Translations under genes and position numbers: made by a program
NCBI GenBank assembly: GCA_963745235.1
Contig: CAVUXE010000031.1
Location: 1-20,814, forward strand
DNA length: 20,814 bases
Reading direction: 5' to 3'
Source of the DNA: an uncultured Spirochaetota bacterium
GTDB taxonomy: Bacteria; Spirochaetota; Spirochaetia; SZUA-6; Fen-1364
The notes under the pieces: model-generated
What the model was told of the DNA's origin: nothing
Databases searched by the model: none
Seen by the model: the letters and a program-made list of their open reading frames with translations, nothing else
Shown: piece by piece, positions 9,690-19,106 of the stretch
Layout: each line of letters opens with the position of its first letter
How positions within the stretch are numbered: position 1 is the stretch's first letter

Positions 9690-10035
9690 CGGAAGCCTGC
9701 TCCCCTGGTATCGACTCGATTGCCGTTTTCAGTACCGCCATCTCTCGCGCGGCCATGCCGCCTCGATCTGCGGCTTGCAGTAGCGCGGCCTTGATAGCGC
9801 TTCGCGCCAGGTTAAGGCTCGCCGCCTTTACACCGGAAGACCTCAGAGCTTCGACATACGCCGCAAGTCCGCTTACCCCCAGGGCAGTCCCGCCCTCTTT
9901 CGCCCAGGACGCGAAATGACTCACCGCCGCTCTGTAGGTCTCCCGTGGTTGGACGCGCTCTTTCCCCGCACGGCCATGAGGCTTTGCGCCTCGAGGCCAG
10001 GCGGATTGCCGCGCAAGGGTCCCATGCACAGCCAT
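9690..10035 (-). pseudogene. Truncated tyrosine recombinase (N-terminal core-binding/SAM-like domain only)
   Basis: GKSAS-(frameshift)-RETYRAAVSHF..W......LAAYVEALRSSGVKAASLNLARSAIK. No R-H-R-Y catalytic domain follows. The 3' boundary is approximate. Confidence 0.6.
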
Positions 10036-10243
10036 TCCCTCCCTTCCCTACCTCACCGCCTCATGATAGCACAAGGGGACTTAATGCTTATTGTACGAAA
10101 TCGCTTCGCGATGGCTCGTTGAAATGGCCGCCTGCCTCGTGAGCGGGTCGTCCCACTGATTTCTGGTTATTCCGCGATTCTTCCAAGCTTTCCTTGAACG
10201 GTACAATTCTCCTTGAAATCCAATCTTTCAAGGAGATACCACT

Positions 10244-11090
10244 ATGGGTGCCATCAAAGAGCGAATGAAGCAGGACCTTGCGATCAGGGGCCTGAGTGAG
10301 AACACGCAGCAGAGCTATCTGACCTGCGTCAAACAGTTCGTGGGACACTTCATGATATCCCCCGAGCGGCTGGGCCTGAACGACATCCGCTCCTACCAGC
10401 TGTACTTGATTCGCGAGCGCAACGTCGCCGAGAGCAGCTTCAACGTCCACGTGGCTGCCTTGAAGTTCCTTTACGGGATCACGTTGCAACGGAACTGGAA
10501 TCTCGATTTGATCCCCTATCATCGCAAGAGCAAACGGCTGCCGGTCGTCTTGAGCCGGGAAGAAGTCGTGCAGCTGTATCATGCCGTTTCCTCCCTGAAG
10601 CACAAAGCGATCGTTCTCACCCTCTACTCGACCGGCCTCAGGGTGAGCGAGTTGGTGCATCTGAAAATCCACGACATCGACAGCTCGCGGATGCTCGTTC
10701 GCGTCCAGGAGGGAAAGAATCGAAAGGATCGCTATGTCGGTCTTTCGCCAAAACTCCTGGAGCTGCTGCGGCAGTACTGGCGCAGCACAACCCCGTCCCC
10801 ACGAACATGGCTCTTTCCTGGAGATTCGCCTGGCCATCCGCTCACCCGATGTGGCGGTGGGGAAGATGATCCGCAAGGCCAAAGAGCGGGCCGGGATCCA
10901 CAAACCCGTGAGCCCCCATACGCTGCGTCATTCCTTCGCAACCCATCTGCTGGAGTCGGGAGTGGATATACGAAGGATACAGCTCATGATGGGCCACGGA
11001 AGTCTGCGTTCCACTGTCCAGTACCTTCACGTCGCCAGCACCTCTCTGCGTGAGGTGCCAAACCCTCTGGACCTGCTGGACATTCGCTGA
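10244..11090 (+). CDS. Site-specific tyrosine recombinase (frameshift near 10850)
   Basis: LAIRGLSENTQQSY, LPVVLS.EEV, YSTGLRVSE, GKNRKDR, then HTLRHSFATHLLESG.DIR.IQ.MMGH.S..ST.QY. RBS AAGGAG. Confidence 0.92.
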
Positions 11091-11108
11091 ATCGGGCTTT
11101 TCCTCCCC

Positions 11109-12320
11109 ATGTCCTCCTGCTCCCTCTCCGAGGGGAACCGTCCGTCGGCAGAAGTGGCGGACATATTCCGTGATCACCTCCACGAACTGGGAAGCATCGG
11201 CCCCCAACAGTGGAAGGTCGTCAATGCCCTCATCTCCTGTCGCACGGCCCGTCTGGGCGGACACCTGTACGTCTGCGACAACTGTGGCCAAACCCTTCCT
11301 GTTTACAATTCATGCCGCAATCGCCACTGTCCGAAATGCCAGGCAGCAGCGCGGGCGAAGTGGCTCGACCAGCGCATGGGTGAGCTTCTGCCCGTCGAGT
11401 ACTTCCACGTGGTCTTCACCATTCCTGATGTGTTGAACCGCCTTGTCCTGGTCAACAAAGCGGTGCTCTACGAGATCCTGTTCAGAGCGGCAAAAGAAAC
11501 GCTGCTGCAATCAGCGATCAACCCAAAGAACCTGGGAGCACGCGTCGGTTTTCTCGCCATCTTGCACACGTGGGGCCAGAATCTGCTCGATCATCCGCAT
11601 CTGCATTGTCTCGTGCCTGGCGGCGGACTCTCCTCCGATGGCACTCGCTGGATCTCCTGCCGCAAGGGGTTCTTCGTCTCGGTGAAAATCTTGAGCGCTT
11701 TGTTTCGTGGGAAGTTTCTCGACTTTCTCAAGAGTGCCTACCTCAACAAGCGCCTGAAGTTCCCCGGTCAAACCAGCCAGTTCGAGCCCTTGGAGGCCTT
11801 TCAGAAGCTTCTCAATCAAGCGTATGCCAGGCACTGGGTCGTGTACGCCAAGAAACCCTTCGCCGGCCCCGAGCAAGTTCTGCGCTATCTGGGAAGGTAT
11901 ACCCACCGTGTGGCCATCTCGAATCATCGCCTCATCGACGTGCGTGACGGCATCGTGCGATTCCGCTGGAAGGACTACAAGCACGCGAATGCCTGGAAAA
12001 CCATGTCCGTCTCGACGGCCGAGTTCATGCGAAGATTCTTGTTGCACGTGCTTCCCACGCACTTTATGCGAATCCGCTCCTACGGCTTGTTGAGCAACAG
12101 GAATAAGAACGAGAATCTCGCCGTCTGCAGAAGCCTTCTCTGCGGCTCCTCCGAAACACAGCAGTCGGAGAGCCAAGGTCTATCATCGGCACATCCGACA
12201 GCGACCACGGAGACTGTCACTCTGTGTCCGAATTGTCATCACGGTTACCTGGTTTCCGTGATGATCATCGAACCCGAGCTGTTTTACCCCGGGAAAACCA
12301 GAAGGCTGGATTCGTCATGA
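11109..12320 (+). CDS. IS91-family rolling-circle (HUH, Y2) transposase
   Basis: Zn-binding CRT..LGG...C..C......NSCRNRHCPKCQ, YFHVVFT, LHTWGQ.L..HPHLH (HUH), YLGRYTHRVAISN.R (Y2), RFLLHVLP..F.RIR.YGLL, C-terminal CPNC. Confidence 0.95.
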   Translation: MSSCSLSEGNRPSAEVADIFRDHLHELGSIGPQQWKVVNALISCRTARLGGHLYVCDNCGQTLPVYNSCRNRHCPKCQAAARAKWLDQRMGELLPVEYFHVVFTIPDVLNRLVLVNKAVLYEILFRAAKETLLQSAINPKNLGARVGFLAILHTWGQNLLDHPHLHCLVPGGGLSSDGTRWISCRKGFFVSVKILSALFRGKFLDFLKSAYLNKRLKFPGQTSQFEPLEAFQKLLNQAYARHWVVYAKKPFAGPEQVLRYLGRYTHRVAISNHRLIDVRDGIVRFRWKDYKHANAWKTMSVSTAEFMRRFLLHVLPTHFMRIRSYGLLSNRNKNENLAVCRSLLCGSSETQQSESQGLSSAHPTATTETVTLCPNCHHGYLVSVMIIEPELFYPGKTRRLDSS

Positions 12321-12922
12321 GCAGTCGCCTTCGCCCACAGAACTCCCTCTGTCCGTGTGTGCTCGAAGAATGCCTCAGCGTCTGTGCCACATTCTCAAAG
12401 ACTGTCCGCAGAACTGCCTTCTTGCTTTCAAGGGTATCTACGTTCAGCAATCTTTCACGTTTGACGACTGCCTCAGCCTTCGGTTTCGATCTCTTGTGCG
12501 TTCGCCCTCACGACGCTTTTTTTCCTTCAAGATTGACTGGGATTGAAAACCCATAGCACTTCGAGCACTTCGCGGGGAAGCGATTCCGTACAAAAATTTC
12601 TATGAGAAGCCGTTCCTTCCGGCGATTTCATCGTATCGGCCCGGCAAGTATTGTGTTCGTTCGGCTCCTCATAGAAACCTAATACCTTATGGAAACAAGC
12701 GAACAAGCGCGAGACGCGAGACGCGAAGCAACTTGGCGGCTTGTCACGGGAGCATTCCGACTCGAGGATCTTATCGGGAAAAGCGAAAAAGCGAACAGAA
12801 AAACACTCGGGAATGGATCCCTGCTTCACAGCCATTCCCCACTAGACCGTTAAGGCTGGCGCTCGGCCCTATCATGGGCCAGCTCGCAGCATAGCTTTGC
12901 GGTCTTTGCAGAAAATTGAGGA

Positions 12923-13477
12923 TTATCTTTCTCGCTCTGGTGGAGCCTGCTGATCTCTGAAGAAATACATGGCGAGTTTGTAAGCCATTCGCGTCGCTAT
13001 CTCGGGACGAAGTTGAAGGATCTTCTTTTGCAGCAAGCGGTCATAGCTTGTTTTGTGAACGCTGAAAAGCTTTGAGAAATCAGCGATTCCCCCCCGAACG
13101 AACCCGAGTCTCTCGTGCGGTTCAAGATAAAAGTATTTGAGGTAAGATTCACGCGGATCGTCCGGGTCTATGATATTGGACTCAATTAGCTCCCGAATCT
13201 TTTCAGGGGCCGTGGCCTGCTCGACATCTCTAACAGGCGCAAGGATGATGCTGGTAACCTTGATGTTATTCTCGGGGGCTATCTCGCAAGAGTGGGATAG
13301 TACCATAACGGCAGACTTTTTCAGGGAAGTTGCTGCTGACCACGAAACGATTTGGTCCTGATTGTTGAGTGTCCTTTGAATAGCATTGATGTGGAATGCA
13401 CCTATTAACTCTACGTCGGCGATGATATCTCCCTGTCTGAGTACTTCCGATTCCATCGATGCCGGGTCTACATACAC
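12923..13477 (-). CDS. PemK/MazF-like putative toxin (QGD...SxSC family)
   Basis: LRQGDII...VMVLSHSCEIA...IILAPV...YFYL...IADFSKLFSV...LQL......LAYKLAMYFFR follows the order of PemK/MazF-fold elements. GTG start with RBS GAGGAG. Confidence 0.6.
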   Translation of the reverse strand: MYVDPASMESEVLRQGDIIADVELIGAFHINAIQRTLNNQDQIVSWSAATSLKKSAVMVLSHSCEIAPENNIKVTSIILAPVRDVEQATAPEKIRELIESNIIDPDDPRESYLKYFYLEPHERLGFVRGGIADFSKLFSVHKTSYDRLLQKKILQLRPEIATRMAYKLAMYFFRDQQAPPERER

Positions 13478-13486
13478 GGAGGCGAT

Positions 13487-13843
13487 TTACTCCTCGTTTT
13501 CGAACAGATCGACGCCAGCCGATAGATCTCTAACTTTCTTTGCACCCACCCATAGCCTCTGTGCGTCGGTTCGGGAGATCGCGTCGGGTTTAAGGTCTAC
13601 TAAGTAGATTGGGTCGAAAGGATCCGATTGAATCGTTCTCTTTTCAAGAGATCTCAATATCGTTTGCACAGCGTAGCCCTCCACAAGAGACCTAACTGCT
13701 TCGGCAAAATGAGGGTTGGTGATGATACTCGATACAAGGAGAGAGAGGTGTGAGCCCGACATCGTGCTCGGCCACAATTCATCTGGCCAGCTGTCTGTCT
13801 GATTCCCGGGAAATGTAATGATCCTTTCTGCTGCGCTGATCAT
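13487..13843 (-). CDS. Hypothetical protein, putative antitoxin
   Basis: 118 aa with an acidic C-terminus (VDLFENEE). Ends 9 bp before the toxin-like gene and starts in an ATGA overlap, RBS GGAGG. Confidence 0.6.
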   Translation of the reverse strand: MISAAERIITFPGNQTDSWPDELWPSTMSGSHLSLLVSSIITNPHFAEAVRSLVEGYAVQTILRSLEKRTIQSDPFDPIYLVDLKPDAISRTDAQRLWVGAKKVRDLSAGVDLFENEE

Positions 13844-14564
13844 AAAATACCCTCCAGGCCAATATCTTTCGCAAGGGATAGCTGCTTGGTTTTCATATGA
13901 ACAAGCATCTCCGAAAGGTCCGATTTCAAACCACGCTTTGCGGTCTGTGGCTTGTTGTTCACGTCTAAGAGGACTTGGATTCCCGATTCGCTGAGAGGAA
14001 ACTTCGAAAAGTCAACGGGCCCCCCGGGGCTTGCACAGTGCCCGTGCGGACCTCATAACCAGCTATCGAATAAGTAATGAAGTGTGAGCTTTCCTTGAAG
14101 CCTATTTGTAAGTTGAAATGCGAAAGATCTCTGCCGACGCGTGGAATGTTAACGAGCCTGTCGGAAGCTGGAGTCACTGCCTCTGTCTGAGTCATGAGGG
14201 TCCGCGAAGGGAAGTTTATTGTTGAGACGGCGCCGACCCACTCATACCTTACGGCAGTCATTAGCTCCAACAAGAATCTGGACGCGACTTGTGCGGCAAA
14301 GTCTATAGACTGCCCGAAGTCGTTGGCAACGTGGTCCGGCGGCTGAGTAAACAACTCTGCCCTGTTCAGACAAAGCTGAAGCAAGGTAGATTGGCCCGGG
14401 ACAATCGCTCTGGGCGCCTCTGGCGGTGCCGAGGCTGGAACCGTCATTCTTGGGATAGTGACGCCCAGTTCCTTGCTGAGTTTCTGGAGGTACTTGCCCG
14501 CTGAGAGTAGTATCTCATCGTCTCTGGCAAAGCCAACCACAACTTGGACTTGTGAGACTCTCAT
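13840..14564 (-). CDS. TIGR04255-like protein (frameshift at the C6/G4 run near 14020)
   Basis: VPASAPPEAPR, LQLCLNRAEL, WVGAV. The shifted frame continues VDFSKFPLSESGIQVLLDVNNKP...DIGLEGIL* and ends in an ATGA overlap with the next gene, giving about 240 aa. Confidence 0.6.
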
Positions 14565-14672
14565 CTTGTTTGGCTTTGAGTGCAATCCAAGTTGGACTAT
14601 CCCTCAACCGCTTGAAGGCAGCATGACTTAGGAAACAGATTTTCTAACAAAAAAGGTCACACCGTGCGGGGA

Positions 14673-14864
14673 CTATTCGGTCTTCGGCCGAACAAGCACC
14701 TGCCCGCGAATTGTGACTATTGCCTTCGGTTGGGCGGGAACCGGTATTGGCGTCTCAAAAGCAGCCTGATTCGTGACAACAGCCCCGGTTGCGAGTGTCA
14801 CGTGGTAGAGGATATCGCCGGAGGTCAGTTGCGCAGTCGGACCGTGAATGACTTGCATCTCCAT
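14673..14864 (-). CDS. Small hypothetical protein (63 aa, beta-rich)
   Basis: TAATG stop/start overlap with the upstream gene, and a strong RBS GGGAGGT inside the upstream 3' end. Confidence 0.65.
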   Translation of the reverse strand: MEMQVIHGPTAQLTSGDILYHVTLATGAVVTNQAAFETPIPVPAQPKAIVTIRGQVLVRPKTE

Positions 14865-15601
14865 TAGCTTACTACCTCCCGTCTATAAAAGCTATCTCGT
14901 AGAGCGCGAGATCGCAAGTTGTTGCCCTGATATACATTTCGAACGTCTTCGGGATTCATCACTTGGCACCCTTTCTGGCCCGGATCGATAGTTATGACAC
15001 TGACAGGGCCGCCAACCTTCCCATCCTGGCTCGCCGTTTCAGTTATCACATAGACTGCAAGTGAAGTCAGCTCTTGAACGGTTCGGTCCGACTCATAGAG
15101 ACGGTTGAGAAGATAGAGAGCATATTGCGCCACACCTTGCACTGCAAAACCATAGTCGTGCAGCATTGGAGCAAAATCGAAGAGGCTCCCAAGCCCGAAA
15201 AGTCGAGATGCTCCGCCGTCAAGTTCATAGCCTCCAATCAAGAAGGCGAGGTCTGGCCGAACAGCAACCTGCCCGGTCTGGATCAAAGGAATTGGCACGA
15301 CCGCTGGTACGGTCGGAAACCACGAATTGTACTGCTCCCTGACTGTCGATCTCAGAACCTCCAGAACAGGAGTTGCACCGTCAATACCCGCGCTCGCCGT
15401 TTTGTTTTTGACCATGTCAATGACAAGCGCCCCGACCTCTGCAGCGCCAGCAGCAAGAACAGCTACGTGTGGTGAGAGAATGTGCGCCTTTTTCTGGTTG
15501 TCGTTTTGTGCCGTAACCCCGCGAGGATCTCCAAAAGTGCCCCGACTGTCTGCAGCCAGGACCAAACCGTCTTTCCCTTTGAGAGCGACAAGAAGACTCA
15601 T
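14864..15601 (-). CDS. Proteasome beta-subunit-like Ntn hydrolase
   Basis: M-SLLVALKGKDGLVLAADSR...QKK..LSPHVAVLAAG...FLIGGYE....LF...D..VGGPVSVITI matches the 20S beta/HslV pattern (Asp17-Ser-Arg, Lys33 equivalent). RBS AAAGGGGG precedes the ATG at 15601. Confidence 0.85.
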   Translation of the reverse strand: MSLLVALKGKDGLVLAADSRGTFGDPRGVTAQNDNQKKAHILSPHVAVLAAGAAEVGALVIDMVKNKTASAGIDGATPVLEVLRSTVREQYNSWFPTVPAVVPIPLIQTGQVAVRPDLAFLIGGYELDGGASRLFGLGSLFDFAPMLHDYGFAVQGVAQYALYLLNRLYESDRTVQELTSLAVYVITETASQDGKVGGPVSVITIDPGQKGCQVMNPEDVRNVYQGNNLRSRALRDSFYRREVVS

Positions 15602-16077
15602 GATCACCCCCTTTCTAAATCTCGGCTTTTTTCAAGAGTCCGAAAGAGACTGACAGTTGCCTTGAAGTATGCGACGAAATACCTCCCCGTGCAAGATAAC
15701 CGGTAATTTTAGGCGGCTACATGGCTCACGTTCCGCGGCTTTCCCATTAGAAAATTCGGCGTTTTGATGTCTGGCAAACCTGCTTCAGAAGACAGCCAGT
15801 CACAAGCGTTCCTTCGATTTCGCAGCCGGGCCTCCTTGGAAGTTGGAAGTAGAAGACCTCTTCATCGACGACTTTCGTGTCAATAACTGCCGATTATCTT
15901 ATGCGGCCATTACAGACAAGCGCACAGACAGAAACTCCGGCCGTCGTAATCACGACGGGAACTCGCCTCTTTAAAATTCTAAAAAAAACAATAGAATGAG
16001 GCTGTTTGATGGCCCAGAACAGTGGTCCGGTGTAACCGGAGGGACGACGTTCCATTGACCATGGCGACCGACATGAA

Positions 16078-17588
16078 ATGTCTCTAACTCTCCAGGACCT
16101 CAAGTCCTATCTCTGGAACTGCGCCGAGATCCTGCGCGGCAGCGCGGTCGATCGCACCGACTGGAAGGCGTACATTCTGCCGCTTCTCTTCTTCAAGCGG
16201 ATCTGCGACGTCTGGGACGAGGAGACAGCCGAAGCCGCCAGAGCTCTACGGCGACGTCTGATCCCGTGGACTTTCCCGAGGTCCACCGCTTTCGTGTTCC
16301 GGACGAGCTGCCACTGGCGCGACATACGCGAGACGCCGGCGAACCTCGGGGCTGCGCTCTCCCGAGCGATGCGCGAGATCGAGCGCGCCAATCCCGACAC
16401 CCTTTATCGCGTGTTCGGAGCCGCCGACTGGGGCAACCGGGAGATGCTCACTGATGAGATCCTGAAAGACCTCATCGAAGGGCTCTCCGAAGTGTCGCTC
16501 GGCAATATGGCGGTCAGCTCCGACATCCTTGGCGACGCCTACGAGTACCTGATCGGCAAGTTCGCCGACGTCACCAAGCGCAAGAAGGCCGGCGAGTTCT
16601 ACACGCCCCGCAGCGTCGTGCGCATGATGGTTGATATCCTCGACCCGAAAGAGGGCGAGAGCATCTACGACCCCGCCTGCGGCACCGGCGGCATGCTGCT
16701 CGGCGCGATCGAGCACGTGCGAGCGCGCGGGCGGCGATCCGCGCACCTTTTTCGGCAAGATCTATGGCCAGGAGAAGAACCTGACGACCTCCGTCCATTG
16801 CCCGCATGAATCTCGTCCTGCACGGCATCGAGGACTTCCAGATCGTGCGTGAGGATACGCTCCGCAGCCCGGCCTTCACCGACTCAAGCACCGGTGGCCT
16901 CGCCACCTTCGACTGCGTGATCGCCAATCCGCCCTTTTCGCTTGAAGGAGTGGGGCCGGGAGGTCTGGGAGGCAGATCCTTGGGGTCGCGCCGCGTACGG
17001 CCTGCCCCCCGAGAGCTACGGCGACTACGCTTGGGTCCAGCACATGGTCGCCTCGATGGCGCAGGGCACAGGCCGCATGGCGGTCGTGCTTGCCGCAAGG
17101 GGCGCTCTTCCGCAAGGGGGCCGAAGGTCGGATCCGTCAAGGCACTCCTTGAGCAAGACCTCATCGAGGCAGTGATCGGCCTTGCTCCGAACATCTTCTA
17201 CGGCACCGGCCTGGCCCCCGCCGTCGTGGTCCTTCGCCGAACGAAGCCCGCCGCGCGGAGGGGAAAGGTTCTGATCGTCGACGCCTCCAGCCTGTTCCGC
17301 AAGGGCCGCGCCCAGAACTTCCTCGATCCTGAGCACGCCGAGCAGATCGTCGCCTGGGTGCGCGCTTTCGAGGACGTGCGAGGATCGTGCTAAGGTCGTC
17401 ACCCTGGAGGAGATCAAGGCCGAGGACTGGACGCTCAACATCTCGCGCTACGTGCTGCCGCCAATCGGCGAGGAGTATCCCGCCTCTGCCTGAGGCCGTT
17501 GCTGCGTTCAAAGCAGGCGCTTGCCGAATGTCGCGCGGCCGAGGATCGCCTGCGCGAAGTTCTGACCGAGGAAGGCTGGCTCGCGTGA
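16078..17588 (+). CDS. hsdM: Type I R-M methyltransferase 1 (NPPF), several frameshifts
   Basis: LKSYLWNCAEILRG, YILPLLFFKR, GDAYEYLI, GEFYTPR, IYDPACGTGGML, ANPPFSL, NIFYGT, LNISRYV. Stop TGA at 17588. Confidence 0.9.
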
Positions 17589-19106
17589 GCAAGGCACGCC
17601 GAACATCTGAGCCAGCAAGAGCTCGAGTCGTACCTTTGGGGCGCGGCCAAGCTTCTCCGGGGACTGATCGATGCCGGCGACTACAAGCAGTACGTCTTCC
17701 CGCTACTGTTCTTCAAGCGGCTCTCGGACGTGTGGGACGAGGAATATCAGAACGCGCTCGCTGAGACCGACGACACATCATACGCTCGCGCGACGGCCGA
17801 CGACCGCTTCGCAATTCCTGACGGCGCGCATTGGTCTGACGTGCGCGACGCCTCCCGCGACGTAGGGCAAGAGCTTACTCAACGCTTTTCGCGCTATCGA
17901 GGCGGCTAACCCGGAGCGCCTGTCCGGCATCTTCGGTAATGCCTCCTGGACGGACAAAGCCCAGATGCCCGACGAGACGCTCAAGAACCTCATCGAGCAT
18001 TTCTCGCAGCACACCCTGAGCCTGGCTGCGGTGCCCGAGGACGAGCTCGGCAACGGCTACGAGTATCTCATCAAGCAGTTTGCCGACGACAGCGGCCACA
18101 CCGCGCAGGAGTTCTACACCAACCGCACGTCTGGTCCATCTGATGACGCAGATGCTTGAACCGCAGGCGGGAGAGAGCATCTACGATCCCACCGTCGGCA
18201 CCGGCGGCATGCTCATCTCGGCGCTGGCCGAGGTCAAGCGCCAGGGCGGCGACACACGCACGCTGGGGCTCTACGGGCAAGAACTGATCCACATCACCGC
18301 TGCCATCGCCCGGATGAACCTGGTACTGCACGGCGTCGAGGACTTCGAGATCGTCGCCGGCAACACACTGAGCAACCCGGCTTTCATCGAAGCGCGACCG
18401 CCTGCGTACTTTCGACGTGGTGCTCGCCAATCCGCCGTACTCGATCAAGAAGTGGAATCGCGAGGCTTGGCAGAGTGACCCCTGGGGCCGCAATTTCCTC
18501 GGTACGCCGCCTCAAGGCCGCGCGGATTACGCGTTTTTCCAGCACATCCTGAAGAGCCTAGACCCAAAGACCGGCCGTTGCGCGATCCTCTTCCCGCACG
18601 GCGTGCTCTTCCGTAACGAAGAGGCGGAAATGCGACGCAAGCTCGTAGAGTTGGACCTACTCGAATGCGTCCTCGGCCTCGGTCCCAACTTATTCTATAA
18701 CTCGCCTATGGAAGCTTGCGTAGTGATCTGCCGCAGGCAGAAGTCCGCCGATCGTCGACGGAAAATTCTGTTTGTCGACGCTGTGCAGGAGGTAGCACGG
18801 GAGCGGTCACAGAGCTTCTTGAAGCCAGAGCATCAGGAGCGAATACTGAGGGCCTATCAGGCATTCTCCGATGAGCTAGGCTTCGCGAAAGTCGCGACAA
18901 TTTCAGAGGTTCTTCAGAATGCTGGCAACTTGTCGATCCCGCGCTACGTTAGGCCGGTTGGGAATGGGGCGACTATCAATGGTGATAAGAACCTCAAGTC
19001 CGCCTGGGCCGAGTTCGGTGTCAATGGTCGGGAGTTATGGCAGAAGATGGACGCGCTCGTGGATATTCTTGACGGAACCGGCCCTGAGAAGGCGTCCAAT
19101 GCCTAA
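17585..19106 (+). CDS. hsdM: Type I R-M methyltransferase 2 (NPPY), several frameshifts
   Basis: GTGA overlap with hsdM1. LESYLWGAA.LLRG, YVFPLLFFKR, GNGYEYLI, EFYTNR, IYDPTVGTGGML, ANPPYSI, ADYAFFQHI, PHGVLFR, NLSIPRYV. Confidence 0.9.

Larger units (their letters stand above)
10091..12593 (+). mobile_element. Tyrosine recombinase + IS91-family transposase element
   Basis: Two-gene unit bounded by TTGTACGAAATCGCTTC (10091-10107) and GAAGCGATTCCGTACAA (12577-12593), a 16/17 inverted repeat. GATTGAAAACCCATAG lies near the right end. No target duplication seen. Confidence 0.8.

Noticed and set aside
10088-12176. Long antisense ORFs (271, 149 and 221 aa) over the recombinase and transposase
   Set aside because: Shadow ORFs of GC-rich genes whose plus-strand motifs are unambiguous.
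12690-12805. Short tandem motifs (GCGAGAC repeats, AACAAGCG, AAAAGCGAA)
   Set aside because: Two to three copies of 7-9 bp in low-complexity intergenic DNA, with no regular spacer structure.
14673-14864. Possible Pup/ubiquitin-like modifier next to the proteasome-like gene
   Set aside because: No C-terminal GG/GGE/GGQ, and no PafA, E1/E2 or JAB gene nearby.
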